DNA from: Botryllus schlosseri
Taxonomy: Eukaryota
DNA: 64,000 bases
Assembly (NCBI GenBank): GCA_051294905.1
Contig: CM119379.1
Coordinates: 25,296,001 to 25,360,000, forward strand
Direction: 5' to 3'
Below, piece after piece: positions 44,901 through 57,400 of the stretch; within the stretch, counting starts at the first letter, position 1; the number at the start of each line of letters is the position of its first letter. A program made the position numbers and the translations under genes. Under the pieces are notes generated by a model that was not told the DNA's origin, did not search any database, and worked only from the letters and a program-made list of their open reading frames with translations.

Positions 44901-47900
44901 GAACTCGGCCCTCGGTGAATTCCGCCCTCGCGAAATTTTGAAATTAAGTGTATTAACAAGTATTAATATGAATTATTAAACTAATAATGTTATTATCAAC
45001 TGATTTGTCGATCTTGTAAGGTGGTCAGGGCATGCGTAGATCACGCAGTCACGGAGTGATCAGATCACATGATCACGATTGCGTGGTCGGCTCATTGTTG
45101 AATTGACTTGGCGAGGGGCGGACGTGCGACGTTCGACATCCTCGTACCCATCGCATTGGGTCTTATCGCATTGTATATTGTGTGTGACTTGTTCAGATGA
45201 AAAATATATCCCAACGATTGTTATTGCTCACATATCAACCACGCGTGGTCTGCTCGTTATTGCAACTGTAGGTTGAGGTGGGGTGTTAGGGTTGGGTAGG
45301 GTAGGGGGGAGGGAGACATTAGGGTTCGGGGAGTGGGACATTGGGTTCGGGTAGGATACTAGGGTTGGGGGAGGTGGGATATTAGGGTTAGGATATTAGG
45401 GTTGCCGGAGGTGGGATATTAGGGTTCGGGGAGGGGGATATTAGGGATGGTGGAGGGGGGATATTAGGGTTAGGGTTAGGGTTAGGATATTAGGGTTGCC
45501 GGAGGTGGGATATTAGGGTTGGGGGAGGGGGATATTAGGGTTGGGGGAGGGGGGATATTAAGGTTGGGGTAGGATATTAGGGTTAGGGTTAGGATATTAG
45601 GGTTGCCGGAGGTGGGATATTAGGGTTGCCGGAGGTGGGATATTAGGGTTGCCGGAGGCGGGATATTACTGTTGGGGGTTGGGGGACATTAGGGTTGGGG
45701 TAGGATATTAGGGTTGCCGGAGGTGGGATATTAGGGTTGCAGGTGAATACAAAATTTCCCGAGGGCCGGGTTCACCGAGGGACGGGTTCGCCGAGGGACG
45801 GGTTCACGGGACGGGTTCACCGAGGGACGGGTTCACTGGTAATCGTTTAGACACTTCTCAAATATGGAATTCAGTCTAAACACAGTTATGAGCTGAATTA
45901 AAATCGCACAGAGCGCGAAAAAATTTCCAGTTGAACATTTTGAGCATAATCATGACTAAAGATACCACGTAGCTCATAGATATTTTAGCGGTTTAGCTCT
46001 TACATATCTGACCATAACCTAAATCAAAATTCAATTCCAGCTACAAGCATTTACCAGTTACACTTCATTCAGGGACTTCTTCTGATTGGTGCAAGAATCG
46101 GTATCAGTCAAAATCTAGCATTGAACAGTGTGTGGATGGTACAGCACAATGATATTTAAAATCAAAATATAACTAGGATTATTGCTATTGTGGAAACTAT
46201 GAAGTTTCAGCTCAAATTTAACTCGCGCCTCCCCACAGATGCTTTCACGCTCCCCAATTTGAGAAGTGAGAACCACTGCTCTAGTGAATGATAGTATCTA
46301 ATAGCCATAAAGCAAAACACTAGTTCACTACCCAGTCGAATTGGACAGGTATTTTAAAACAGTTTGAAGTAGTAAGGTAATATCTCTAGGATGTAGGATC
46401 AGATAAACCTAAAAACTAGAAGAGATCCTCAATAAAAGGGGACTATAGTTGTCTTGTCACAGAAACCACACAAATATATAGCTTTTATGGGACATCCCAG
46501 ATGAAATGTAATATCTACGTCTAATGGAAAGAACCATTCTGCATACACTCAAACAAAATATATCATAATTACATAGATCGATGGGGTGGTGATTCCGAAA
46601 GAAAACAATGTTTTTATGCAAATAAAATGAGAAGCAATCAAATGCATACATATGGTTGTCAATAATCTCGGCGATAAACCCAATATATTTACTTTCCTAC
46701 AGAGTTTATCTAAACGTCCCGGTATAGAAATGTTACGTGCATTTGAATAGCTTGCAAACATACGTTAGACTTCGTGGCGTTGTGAAAACAATCAAGTTTT
46801 CTGGAATCTGAGGAATTACGAGGTGAGAGATGGTGTGCATTTTAGACATTTTGCTCGTACTATGTACTTAAAAATGTTGCTAACGACTCTAGTGGCTGCA
46901 CTCAGGGGGAGATAAGTCAGTTAAGTCACATGCTAATAGTAGATTGTGGAGATTATTAGTGATTATTCTCACTTTTTAATAACTGAAGCAATCAGCTTCA
47001 GACATCTACAAATCAAGGAAATCAATATCATATAATATACTTGAACACAACAGAGAAAAAGATACACGATGTCCCATGCTGCACAATATATAGTTACTAT
47101 TACTAACCATTGAATTTACATAATTTACCTGCAGCACAAATAGGTCTAATTGTAAGGATAAGCTACATAGCAAATTCAGCATTCTACTGCAAACAGTGCA
47201 GTATTCTCTCTTACTCTTGCAATTTACACAATAATGAGGACTGGAATAGGATGTATATTTTTGTCATTGATAATTTGCACCATATACACCGACTCATGAT
47301 ATACATGCACACGATCTGTGCATATGCATACCATGAGTGCATGATGTGCATACGACTCTCAGGACTCTGGACAAAGAGACCAATATGGAATCGGTGTCTT
47401 CACTGTCTGGAGCACACCAAAGATTCTACCGACTATACACATTGTGATGCTGAGAACCGCCTTGGCACACTAAATATCTTATGCTAAACGTACTGGGATT
47501 CCAACCCTGGACAAGGAAGGTGCAGATATAACAATATAAGGCTTTCTAAGTCTCGTACCACCCTTCCATGTTATCCCGGTAACACTGAACGTCAGGCGAA
47601 GAAGCCATGGATTCCACGGTTACTAATCAGGTCTTTGGTCGGACCTGACGTGGGATTGAACCCACGATCTACCGATCAAGGGCCGGACGCTCCACCATTA
47701 CGCTATCTTGTTGGCTGGCCAATATACTTTTTTGAGGATTGCAGCAATTGTGCAGTTAGTCACATTATTGGACATTGCTATTGCATAAGATTGCGGATGA
47801 CAATAGCGCAATTGGGTTACAAATATATCAAACATCTGTTTGATCATCCCAAGTTTTCAATGGATATAGTATATGAGTTTGCCCGCTGTGCTGTACTACC

Positions 47901-48115
47901 GTATTCGATTCACGATTTCACTGCACTGGACTGCAGTGCCATTAAGGCGTTAACCGATATATCAATTAATCAAATTCGAAGTTACACTACTCACAGGTAG
48001 CATCGTCAAGCTTGCCGCGATCTTGAAGGAGCTTTTTACGCAATTCTTCAGCTTCTTTCTTCAAGTTTTCAAGGGCTTCTTTGCCGCTCTTATCTGACCT
48101 ACCGACGCCTGCCAT
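32963..48115 (-). CDS. GNB5: Guanine nucleotide-binding protein beta-5; exons 47995-48115, 44409-44545, 44082-44123, 42165-42241, 41909-42098, 41706-41849, 39798-39889, 39672-39720, 37805-37901, 37570-37736, 32963-32974; ~375 aa
   Basis: Coiled-coil N-terminus, then [87 protein letters not shown]|VWA*. These are GNB5-specific rather than GNB1-4 residues. Junctions GT-AG and in phase. Confidence 0.95.
33660..33830 (+). mobile_element. LINE 3' tail fragment
   Basis: catagggtgggtgtctgatttcaaagactactccaagtcgtttcaacaccttcctatc...gataaattgaattg. Boundaries approximate. Confidence 0.7.
34601..37061 (+). mobile_element. Decayed hATm-like DNA transposon with ~525-bp inverted ends (34601-35125 and 36536-37061)
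   Basis: Termini TAGGGTTGTTCAG / CTGAACAACCCTA, flanked by atggtggc / ttggtggc. Internal frameshifted remnants [46 protein letters not shown] are typical of this hAT subgroup. Confidence 0.82.
35140..36450 (+). pseudogene. Disrupted hATm-like transposase
   Basis: The motifs above are spread over different frames with stops. Boundaries approximate. Confidence 0.75.
37925..38488. mobile_element. Fold-back MITE of the TAGGG-terminated family (related copies ~39960-40420, ~54870-55440, 56948-57524, 60848-61243)
   Basis: Shared internal motifs ttaggttgcc, aaatttggctcgattcc, gtagaagcgga arranged as an inverted pair. Right end gaacaaccta-like. Boundaries approximate. Confidence 0.7.
43500..43625 (+). 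pseudogene. Remnant of hAT transposase C-terminal dimerisation region
   Basis: One frame reads [17 protein letters not shown] (cf. hAT xERxFS motif). Short and isolated. Confidence 0.45.
44813..45845. mobile_element. Non-autonomous TIR element with 16-bp subterminal repeats and G-rich core, 6-bp TSD
   Basis: ~100-bp inverted arms built of GTGAACCCGTCCCTCG units. Termini CGGTTGCCAGTG / CACTGGTAATCG. TTTAGA directly repeated at 44807-44812 and 45846-45851. Confidence 0.85.
45290..45740 (+). repeat. G-rich telomere-like minisatellite (TTAGGG / TTAGGGTTGCCGGAGGTGGGATA units)
   Basis: Repeated ttagggtt-containing units of ~20-24 bp, visible directly. Confidence 0.9.
47490..47716 (-). mobile_element. 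tRNA-derived SINE, divergent subfamily
   Basis: Minus strand: tagcgtaatgg (A box), ggttcaatccc (B box), ccgaccaaagacc. Boundaries approximate. Confidence 0.7.
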
Positions 48116-48374
48116 TTTTCCACTCGCCCATTTCGCTCGAATACTCATCTCTGATCTGTATTTGGTTAGGTGGAAACTCCGAATTTCTAAGCGGTAAAAA
48201 TGGCATTTTCCATTCAGTGTTGCGAAAGAGATAAAGATGACTTCAAATTTTAATTAAGATGGCATATCAGCTAAATAAATGGATAATATAGTAAATTTGA
48301 CTTGAAAGGAACTACCTTGAATGGTACACACAGGTTGGTCCGATTTAACAATGCCATACTACCTGTGCGTAGTG

Positions 48375-50429
48375 CAGAGAGAGAGAATTTATTCGGTCCA
48401 TGAACATTGATAATAAACATGGTATAGATAAATACAAAGGAAAGTATATATAATTCAGAACCAGGCTGTAGCGAAGGGATCGGGAGATCATCAAGTCAGC
48501 TACAGCCTGAAAGGATGGTTGTAATATGAAACTTATCACATAATATAACACATTTGCAAGCAAAAAATATAACATATACGCAATGTATCAGAAACAGATG
48601 AAAAAATAAGTGGGATCACAGTAGGTAACCTGAATAAACGAGATAAAACAATTGCACTGGCTACAGGAACACAAACTAGGCAAAGAGACGCTGATTGACA
48701 CATTTATTAAGAATGTTCATATTTTCCTACAAGATATTCGTGAAACACTTGTTTAAAGATATGGAGTGGTTTATCTTTAATATGGGGTGGAATGGAGTTC
48801 CATATACGAGGACCTTGGAAACTGATAGTCTTAGGATGTTCTCGGGGTATGAATAGATTCATAGAAGAGCCTCGGGTATTGTGTGAATGGTGACTGGTGA
48901 TATGAGTGAAATAGTCTAGGAAGATTTCTGGTAGGCTCTCATTGTAGTAGCCATGCATGAGCTTACCTATTTCATAAAAGTGAATATCTTCAACTTTTAA
49001 GATGTTCAAGCGACTATATAAAGGATTTACACTATCTCTGCGATTGGCGAGACAAGTCAATTTAATTGCTTTATTCTGCAGGCTTTTGATCCGATTCAAG
49101 TATTTGGCTTTAGCTGAACCCCACAATACGACCCCATAAGTCAAGTGCGAGTGGAAGAGTGTGTGATATATTGTTAGTCGTGTGGAAAGTGGTAATAGGA
49201 AACGAACTTTTCTTAAGATTCCTATGGCTTTCGATAGTTTAATGCAAATTGAATTAATGTGATCCCCCCAGGATAGCTTATTATCTATAATTATGCCAAG
49301 ATAGGATAGAGACGTCTGGAAAGTAAGTCTTTCATTATTGAGCTTCAGTACTATGTCTTTTGGAGTACCTTTACCAAAGAACATACAGTGTGTTTTTGAA
49401 GTATTTATTGTTAGTCTATTGCTACACATCCAGTCATATATTTTTATTAGATTTGCATTACATGAATACTCAAGGTCAGCCGTATTACAAGATGAGAGCA
49501 TGAGAGATGTATCATCTGCAAACAGTTGAATTGTGAAGTCCGATACATTGTCTATATCATTAATATAAATTAAAAATAGGAAAGGACCCAGAACTGATCC
49601 TTGAGGTACACCCATTTCAATTTCGAGCTTGTCTGTTGAGACTTCACCATTTTTAACAAATTGCCATCTATTACATAAATAGGACTGTAGTAGCTTATAC
49701 ATGTTACCCCTAACTCCATAGTGAGATAATTTCTCCAAGAGTATTGATCTATCCACTGTATCAAATGCCTTTTTTAGATCTAGAAAGATGCAGATGGTGG
49801 ATAGATTACTGAAAAGGTTTTTAGAGATGTTATTTATACTATCTATAACTGCATGCTGGGTTGAGTGACGCTCTCTGAAACCAAATTGTTTTCTGGATAT
49901 TATGCTAAATTTCTCAACGAAGCAAGTTAGCCTTTTAAGTATTAATTTTTCTGTAATTTTAGAAAAAATAGGCAAAATAGAGATTGGTCTATAATTGGTG
50001 AGATCTTTAGGATTGCCTTTCTTCAGAACAGGCGTGACTCTGGCTACTTTCAAAATATCAGGGAAGATCCCAAGCTCGAAGCATTTATTGATCAGTTTAG
50101 TGAGTATAGGTAATATTGTATATATGATCTCTTTCAGAATAAAGACTGGAATACAATCTGGGCCTGTGGCTGTATCATTCTTAAATGAGTGAACTATCGC
50201 GATGACTTCATTCTCAACGACTGGCTGGACAAAGATAGAGTTCTGTTGTGGTTTATCGAGATATTTCTTGTAGTTATTGGTAGGCACATGTTTGTCAGCA
50301 AGGTTTCTGCCAATATTTGCAAAGTATTGGTTGAAAGCCTTGCATATGTCAAGTTCAGATGTTACGGTTGTATTGCCTATGCTGATTTTAGTTGGAAATT
50401 TTTTTTGCTCAGTTGATTTAAAAAGTTTA
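48375..50429 (-). mobile_element. 5'-truncated CR1/L2-group (Crack-like) LINE with 3' UTR ending AATAAA-(CT)n
   Basis: RT ORF followed by ~330 bp 3' UTR ending gaataaattctctctctct. Confidence 0.88.
48707..50428 (-). CDS. LINE ORF2 reverse transcriptase, C-terminal ~570 aa (no start, 5'-truncated)
   Basis: Motifs NYRPISIL, QFGFRERHST, LDLKKAFDTV, GVPQGSVLGPFLFLIYIND, LFADDT, YLGIIID. No stops or frameshifts. The frame stays open upstream of the listed ORF (AFNQYFANIG) to the truncation point. Confidence 0.92.
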   Translation of the reverse strand, partial: KLFKSTEQKKFPTKISIGNTTVTSELDICKAFNQYFANIGRNLADKHVPTNNYKKYLDKPQQNSIFVQPVVENEVIAIVHSFKNDTATGPDCIPVFILKEIIYTILPILTKLINKCFELGIFPDILKVARVTPVLKKGNPKDLTNYRPISILPIFSKITEKLILKRLTCFVEKFSIISRKQFGFRERHSTQHAVIDSINNISKNLFSNLSTICIFLDLKKAFDTVDRSILLEKLSHYGVRGNMYKLLQSYLCNRWQFVKNGEVSTDKLEIEMGVPQGSVLGPFLFLIYINDIDNVSDFTIQLFADDTSLMLSSCNTADLEYSCNANLIKIYDWMCSNRLTINTSKTHCMFFGKGTPKDIVLKLNNERLTFQTSLSYLGIIIDNKLSWGDHINSICIKLSKAIGILRKVRFLLPLSTRLTIYHTLFHSHLTYGVVLWGSAKAKYLNRIKSLQNKAIKLTCLANRRDSVNPLYSRLNILKVEDIHFYEIGKLMHGYYNESLPEIFLDYFTHITSHHSHNTRGSSMNLFIPREHPKTISFQGPRIWNSIPPHIKDKPLHIFKQVFHEYLVGKYEHS

Positions 50430-50490
50430 TACGATCACGATACGATACGATACGATACGATACGATACGATACGATACGATACGTCTAAT
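50430..50490. repeat. (GATAC)n microsatellite at the LINE 5' junction
   Basis: acgatacgatacgatacgatac visible directly. Confidence 0.9.
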
Positions 50491-50769
50491 ACGATCACGA
50501 TTCACGAGTCGATTCGATTCCTACGTTCGGTTCATATCTTTCCATTTTATCACAACCTTGTGATGTTTTGAAAGGTTGAACTGGGCCCATATACGCGACG
50601 TTGATTGTTCAACTCGAATCACGTCAAAAAGTGTCATGGAATGTAGTTTATATGCTGTGATCGTGGAGATAGTTCCGCTGTGGCCACTGCCCCGATAGCT
50701 TCAAGAACTTCTTTGCATCGGTATCAAAAGTGCATAAGTACTCCGACTCATAGCTAGGGCCCCAAAGGG

Positions 50770-51830
50770 GCCTGGCTGCCCATCCAATAAGTCGCTGCTG
50801 AAAAGATTCGGCGTCCTAAACATAGAAGATATGCGGGAACTAGAAATCGCCAAGTTTATGTATCAGTTTCACTGCGGTCGTTGCCCCGAATACTTCAATG
50901 ACTTCTTTACCTCTGAATCAAAAGCGCACAAGTACAACACACGCGCGTCCACGTCGTCCAAATATCATATGATCGACCGAAAAGATCATCGCTCTATCAA
51001 ATATGCCGGACCTGACGTGTGGAACAGTATCCCGCCGGCCATCCGGCAGTCGACGAGCATGTCCACATTCAAGTCGAAATACAAGCAATTACTATACTAA
51101 ATAGATACAGTCCATCCTCAAGATTACCGGACCACGACTGACCTATCGATCTCGCTTCCCATGACATGCCGCCCTATTTCTTGTCGCTTCCTTTTTCTAT
51201 ACTATCTTCTTTACTTTCATTCAGTGTGCATGCCTCCTCTTTACATCGCCTAGGCCAAGCTGGGTGTCCGATTTCATAGACAACTCCTGGTCGCTTCGAC
51301 ATCTTCCTTTCTTTTCATTGTACCGCATTTTTGTGGTGTATTGAACTGATAAAATTGCTAATAAACCAATGATGATGATGAAGTACGACACACGCACGTC
51401 CACAGCGTCCAACTACCATATGGTAGACAAAAATAGATCATCGCTCTATGCCGGACCTGATCTGTGGAACAGTATCTCGCCGGCTATCCGACAGTCATCA
51501 AGCATGTTCGTTGTTCACATTCAAGTCGAAATACAAACAATTTCTACCAAATGAATACTAGTTAACCCTCTGGATTACCTGACCACGACCTGACATATCA
51601 ATCTCGCCTACCGACACTTTTGTCACTAGTCCTTTTACATTTCCTTCTTTTACTTTTCATTCAGTGTGCAATGTGCATGCGTCCTTTTTTACATCGCCTA
51701 GGCCGGTGGGTTGATTTCGAAGACTGCTCCAAGTCATTTCGACACCTTCCTATCTTATATTGTATCGCAGTCTTGTGGTGTTTCGATATAATGAAAATTG
51801 TAGCAATAAATTGAAAAAAATTGAATGGTC
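50770..51830 (+). mobile_element. Two tandem 5'-truncated LINE copies of a second CR1/L2-group family (~50770-51380 and ~51381-51830)
   Basis: RT C-terminus LNIEDMRELEIAKFMYQ...HKYNTR...SIKYAGPDVWNSIPPAIR, then the 3' UTR shared by the dispersed tail fragments. First copy ends aataaaccaatgatgatgatg. Confidence 0.85.
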
Positions 51831-52574
51831 ATTGGTCAACCGGTCAGTACCGATCGAGTAGGCCTACTTCTACTTTTTCGAAGTACTGAAGTATAGGTTT
51901 TGACAGTTTTGTACGCTTTCACAACTCAAAGAGGTTACAACATAAACTTCTACCTCAGCAATCAACTCAAAATACTTGTTTTCGCGCATTTCCATGTAGT
52001 CAAGTGAAGGTTGCGTTAGGAGTGGGAATATAGTTGATCAACCCATCGTCATTCGGAAATGGATCCGAATCTTAATCTTTCTGACAATCATAACAGCCTC
52101 AGCGAACTAAAATTTCTCAAGTCAATACGCCTCATACAGTTCGCCAGCGACACAGCACCTAAACTAGCCTTAGCAACAACGTAAGGTGATCAAATCATCA
52201 ATTTTCAATTGACACAAATACGTTCCAGCATCGAGGTATCATATTCTGGACATGTGTCATTCCCGCCGCTCATAAGTTCGATGACACACTATTCACCTAT
52301 TACAAACTATAGATCAGTAACCCATGGAGTTTAGTAATCTCCACCGAATCCAATCAGTGCAGCTTGATAATCCGTTCAATGGCAGATTGATTGTTACTGT
52401 CAGATAGGCGGAAAGTGATGGACACTAGGCATACAATGCATGCCCAACGCTGTGTCAAAAGTATAGGCCTATTAGAGATAACTACAACCTATATTTTCTA
52501 CACAGTATTCAGATGAATTCTTTGTCCAGTTGCTCAGTGGTTGAATTACCTCTACAAGTGTACGTGCAATGTAG

Positions 52575-53146
52575 CAGGGTTGTAGCCAATGTTCCCTTTA
52601 GGCTAAGCGCGTTCGCCGCCGCGCACTGCTGACAAAACCGCCGCGCAAACAGATATCTGTACCGCGCATAAAAAATCCGAATTCATGACTCTCTTTTGTC
52701 GTTGCGCACCGTTGTCCCAGGGACCGCGCAGACACTTCGTGCAGTGCGCGCAGACTCGTGAAAAATTAGAGGGAACATTGGCTGTAGCCATGCATAATAA
52801 GGTTCCGAGTCACAAGCCAATTTGAATTCCATAGTTTCGACTCCAGTCATTTTCAATTCACCTCGGAGTCAAGTCAAGAGCAGCGGGTTGAGTCCGAGTC
52901 ATAGTGTTCAGTATCGTGTTCAAGTAAGGTTTAAGTCACTTCAGTACAACTAATGGCTCGTCATATCGAAGGCTTCAGATTCATACTACACTCATTTTTC
53001 TCACTCTAAATATGTCTATTCAGACAGATAAACGTTTCTGTGAATATTTTTCAATTACCGGTCATGATATACGAGACTTGAATAAATCATATAGAATGTG
53101 TCGAGTCAATACAGAAATTGACACGCGTCGAGTCATTACAACACTG
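52575..53146. mobile_element. hAT MITE (GACTCGAGTC family) with nested MITE 52587-52780
   Basis: Outer: termini CAGGGTTGTA / TACAACACTG, TSD CAATGTAG. Inner: TIR CAATGTTCCC / GGGAACATTG, TSD GTTGTAGC / GCTGTAGC. Confidence 0.8.
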
Positions 53147-54476
53147 CAATGTAGGCTACATCAATAAGGTTGATCAAACGAAACGCCCTTCACGTAGGGT
53201 TACAATAATTCGGATCCATAAAAGGAGGGCACATTCTGCAAGTCATAAAAGTGAGATTACCTGACTCGAAAACAGCAAATGCTAAAATTTGTATTAGAAA
53301 TCTCGATGTGTTAACTAAAAAAAGGTCATCTTTCCGACTCGACTCCCGAATTACCAACTTTTTAGCTATACTGATGTGGTGTTGACTAAAAATATAAAAC
53401 GAATGGTCCTACCCTCATAAGACCCACTGGAACGTCCGAATTACAGATTTCGCGTCATGTATGGCGTTTTTAGTTCAGCCTGACCATTACCCTGGCTGTC
53501 AAAGCTATAATGGAGGACCAATTTTCCAAAAAGAACATTTAGGCCTCTTAGGAGGTCATTTTCGATTTCCTCATGAAAGATGACAAATACTCTTAAAGGA
53601 CATATAGTAACCCTACTTTGCGTCAAACAAATTCATAATCAGCAGATCTATTATTCCACAAATCAAAGACAAGACGATGTAATTAGCAGACAGGAGGATG
53701 TCAAAACCCGTACAGCACAGTCTATCGATCTAGAGCTGTTAGGGCTTATCTTGTCCGAATCCCAAATTCAAACATCGTCAGGATCTTCTTGTTGACTTGA
53801 GATTGGCAAGGAGTACATTTTATGACGTATAACCACACGATTGCAGCAAACAATAAATTTACAGTGTCAAATTTATCTCGCCAGCTTTTACACCGACTCG
53901 CACACCAAGCTAGTGCAGAAATACTCTGAAACATAGTATAATACTGCCGAGTAGTGACTCGATCCAAAACTTGCAACACTAAATTTCAAGGCAAAAGCGA
54001 TTTAAAGCTATTTGAGAAGTTGTGAATATATTAAAGATTAGTCCAGCCAGTCGAGTAATTGAGCATCACCCATGATGACATCATAGTCTGAAAATGTCGC
54101 AAGTTCAAATACCGTACCGTATGTGATTTTTCTGCGACCAAAAATAATACTATGTCAGATCTTGGTCACATTGAAGATAATTTGGTATTTTTCCGACCAT
54201 ACCTATTTCATTGCACTTTGTGACAATGCTGCGTGTTGATTATGACGTCACAGATACGTCATTACCAGGAACGCGAGTAGCTTCGTTCTTCGTTCTATTT
54301 GTTTCGTATGCTGCGACACGGGACGGCCAATCGAGGTTTCAAGGCTACCACAGTGGAAAATACTATTAAAACTATAATTTTCGTTGATAATTTAACCCTT
54401 GGTGGCAAACATAACATAACTAAGTACCGGTACTCGAAAAAATCATCGCTCGCTACTCGTATCATTAGAATTAATG

Positions 54477-57400
54477 TTATTTGACTGGTATTTCTCCGGA
54501 ACAAAATACCATTTCGCCTGCAATATACGTTCTTAGTATATGAAACGAATCATCCATAAACACGAAATCGGCGTCTGAACCGTACGCGAGAGTGCCTTTG
54601 GTGCGTTCTATGCCTAGAACTTGCGCTGGGTGCAAGGTGGCCGCTTCTATGGCTTCCTCCTTCGTGCAGCCAGATGCCTTATGGAAATGCTTGATGCAAT
54701 GCGGCATTGTGGCGACGCTTGATTAAATGCGAAATGAAAGTAAATAAATTACCCAAACAACAATACGAGTTATGTGATTTCAAAGAAGCTGAGTCAGCAT
54801 AACTATCATATTCTATGCAGTTGAAGTTAAATCTTGAGTTATGAGGTCATCAATGAGCAATACGGCTGTTCAAAAAAAACTTTTTTTCCTGAATCTTGTT
54901 GGCTACGTGATTAAATGGCCAGGTTGCCTTGAAAAACGACGCACAAGAAATTTGAAATCATTCCAACCGGTAATCGCGGATTTCGTACAGTTTGAAAATG
55001 TTGAATTCACCCTAAATGCAAAAACTTTTTTTTTGAAATTTTTCTGTCAACCCCATGAAATTTGACTCAATTCCAACCTGTAGAAGCGGAGTTATTTAAG
55101 TTTTTCTTTGATAATTCTGGGATGATTCTTGATCGGTGGATAATCCAAGAATTATAATCGAAAAACTCTAATAACTCCGCTTCTGGGGTTGGATTTGAGT
55201 CAAATTTGTTTTGCATCGTTTTTGAAGACAGCGCAACAATTTCACTGGGTTGACAGAAAAATTTGAAAAAAATTTTTACTTGCATTTTTGGGTAAATTCA
55301 AAATTTTCAAAACTGTACGAAATCCGCGATTATCGGTTGGCATGAATTCAAATTTAGTGTGCGTTGTTTTTTAAGGCAACCTAACAATTTAATCACGTAG
55401 CCAGCACGATTCAGGAAAAAAAATTTTTTTTGAACAACCGTAATGCGCAATTACACATATGAGGTAATCTAACTTTAATCTAATTTGTAAAATGTTTCTA
55501 TGTTGTAAATTTTAGTTTTCCTGAAAATGCTACGGGAGAACTGTATAGCGCAAAACGGGACAAGCTCGGCGTTCAGACACTTGACATTCAATGTGTCAAT
55601 GTGACATGCGATCATAGCAGGAGGATGAAAAGTGTTTAAAACTAGAGGTCGACCAATTATCGACATGGCCGATTATCGAGGCCAATATTTAGAGCTTTCC
55701 ATATTATTATCGTTATCGGCATATGAAGGCCGATATTTTATATTTGAAAATATTTAAAAATTTCGGAAATTCAATGCTCCGTGTTCTCAATCTCAAGAAA
55801 TCGACGGCGCAAAGGGCGATATATGACAGATTTACCCTTGCAGGAAGAGTTTAACTGGGTGAGCATGCAGAGAAACTATGCTTCCTGCATTTCAATCTAC
55901 CTTTTCTGGACTGATCTGCAATTTTGTATCATATTTTGCTTTTTGGGTTATCCCAAATTTCATCGAACGTGCAAAATTGAGCAATAATTCTTTTCAATTT
56001 CAGTTTTCTCGTTTGTTGTTCAGCTTTTTGTGGCATGAACAAGTGCCATCGTGCCTAATATATAATATTTTTGGTGAAATTGTTCTCTGCTCCTTCCATA
56101 TTAATATCGGCCTATGATATCGGTATCGGCCATGTGAGTGCGCCGATATATCGGTATCAGTATCGGCCTGTAAAAATCAATATCGGTCGACCTCTACTTA
56201 AAACACATTGAAAGAGTACCTGCCGGCTAGCACATCCGTCCCAGTGAGATGTGCCGAGAATCCTGTTATTGTCACAGACTGCTCACCGAGTGGATGCACC
56301 CCGGGACCCAGTCCCATTGCCGCTATAGCGTCCGTTACCAAAACTATACCTGAAACCCAAATCTCGGCATCAATCACAACAAATAGTTGAAATTGACAAA
56401 CTTGATTGAATTCTTGACCACCGACAGTAATGACTCGAGTGACTTTGTGTATTGACTAAATGCGAATGACTTGAACAAGCCAAATGACTCGAGACAATTG
56501 ATACGACTTCATTCAAGTAATATATTTTGATAGCCTTGTAGGGTCTTTTACCTAGTTGAATAAACATATTAAAAGCGAGAAAAATGAGTGTAATTTGCGA
56601 GACATTCGATCTCACCCAAGAATTGTGGAAAATTGAGTTGAACATGACTTGAACTCGAGACTCAATAGTGAACACTATGACTCGGACTTCAGTGGTTATT
56701 ATTTTAGAATACTTTTACTTCGATTTTTCAGATTTGGAAAGAAACATTTTCACTCACTTGCATGTTGCATTGATACATGTATAGGTGTATTTGAGTATGA
56801 ATTTATGACGTTGTTGATACTTCAACTGGAGTACCAACGGTAACTACTTTGACCACCTCTGCTTTTGACACGCATTCACTTTTTTACATACCAAAAAATC
56901 ACTACTTATAGTTGACTAGCAATTTACGACTTTACTGCTACCGTCACTAGGGTACTGACAATCACTATTTTGCCCACTTAGCAGGTAAAACCAAGCAATT
57001 GTACAAAGTTTTCCGGATTCTGGGGATACACTGATTACATTGTTAGGTTGCCTAAAAAAACACGCTGCACACCGAATTTGGCTCGATATCAACTGGTAGA
57101 TGTGAACGCACCGGAGTTTGAAAATTTTTAAATAATTTTACTGTCAACCCCATGAAATTGTCAAGTTGTCCGAGAGGATACTTAACAATTTTTGTCACTT
57201 CCAACAGGTAGAAGCTAAGTTATTGCAGTTGAACGGTGGAAAATCCCAGAATTATAAATAACTTCGATTCTACGGGTGGAAATTGCGTAAAATTTTGCAT
57301 CGTTTTTGTAGTCAACTTCAACAATTTCATAACGTTGAGAGTAAACTGTGAAAAAACATTGCAAAATTATTTTGAAATAAACACAAAATTTTCAAACTCC

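Larger units (their letters stand above)
44677..46278. mobile_element. hAT Charlie-like non-autonomous element, host to a nested TIR element
   Basis: Termini CAGTGGTTT / GAACCACTG. TSD CTCTGGTG / CTCTAGTG. Confidence 0.75.

Noticed and set aside
45290-45740. True telomere or chromosome-fusion scar
   Set aside because: The repeats are degenerate and enclosed by TIRs and a TSD inside an intron.
47330-47470. Possible decayed Gypsy integrase fragment
   Set aside because: Only vague similarity across frameshifts, with no LTR or other domains nearby.
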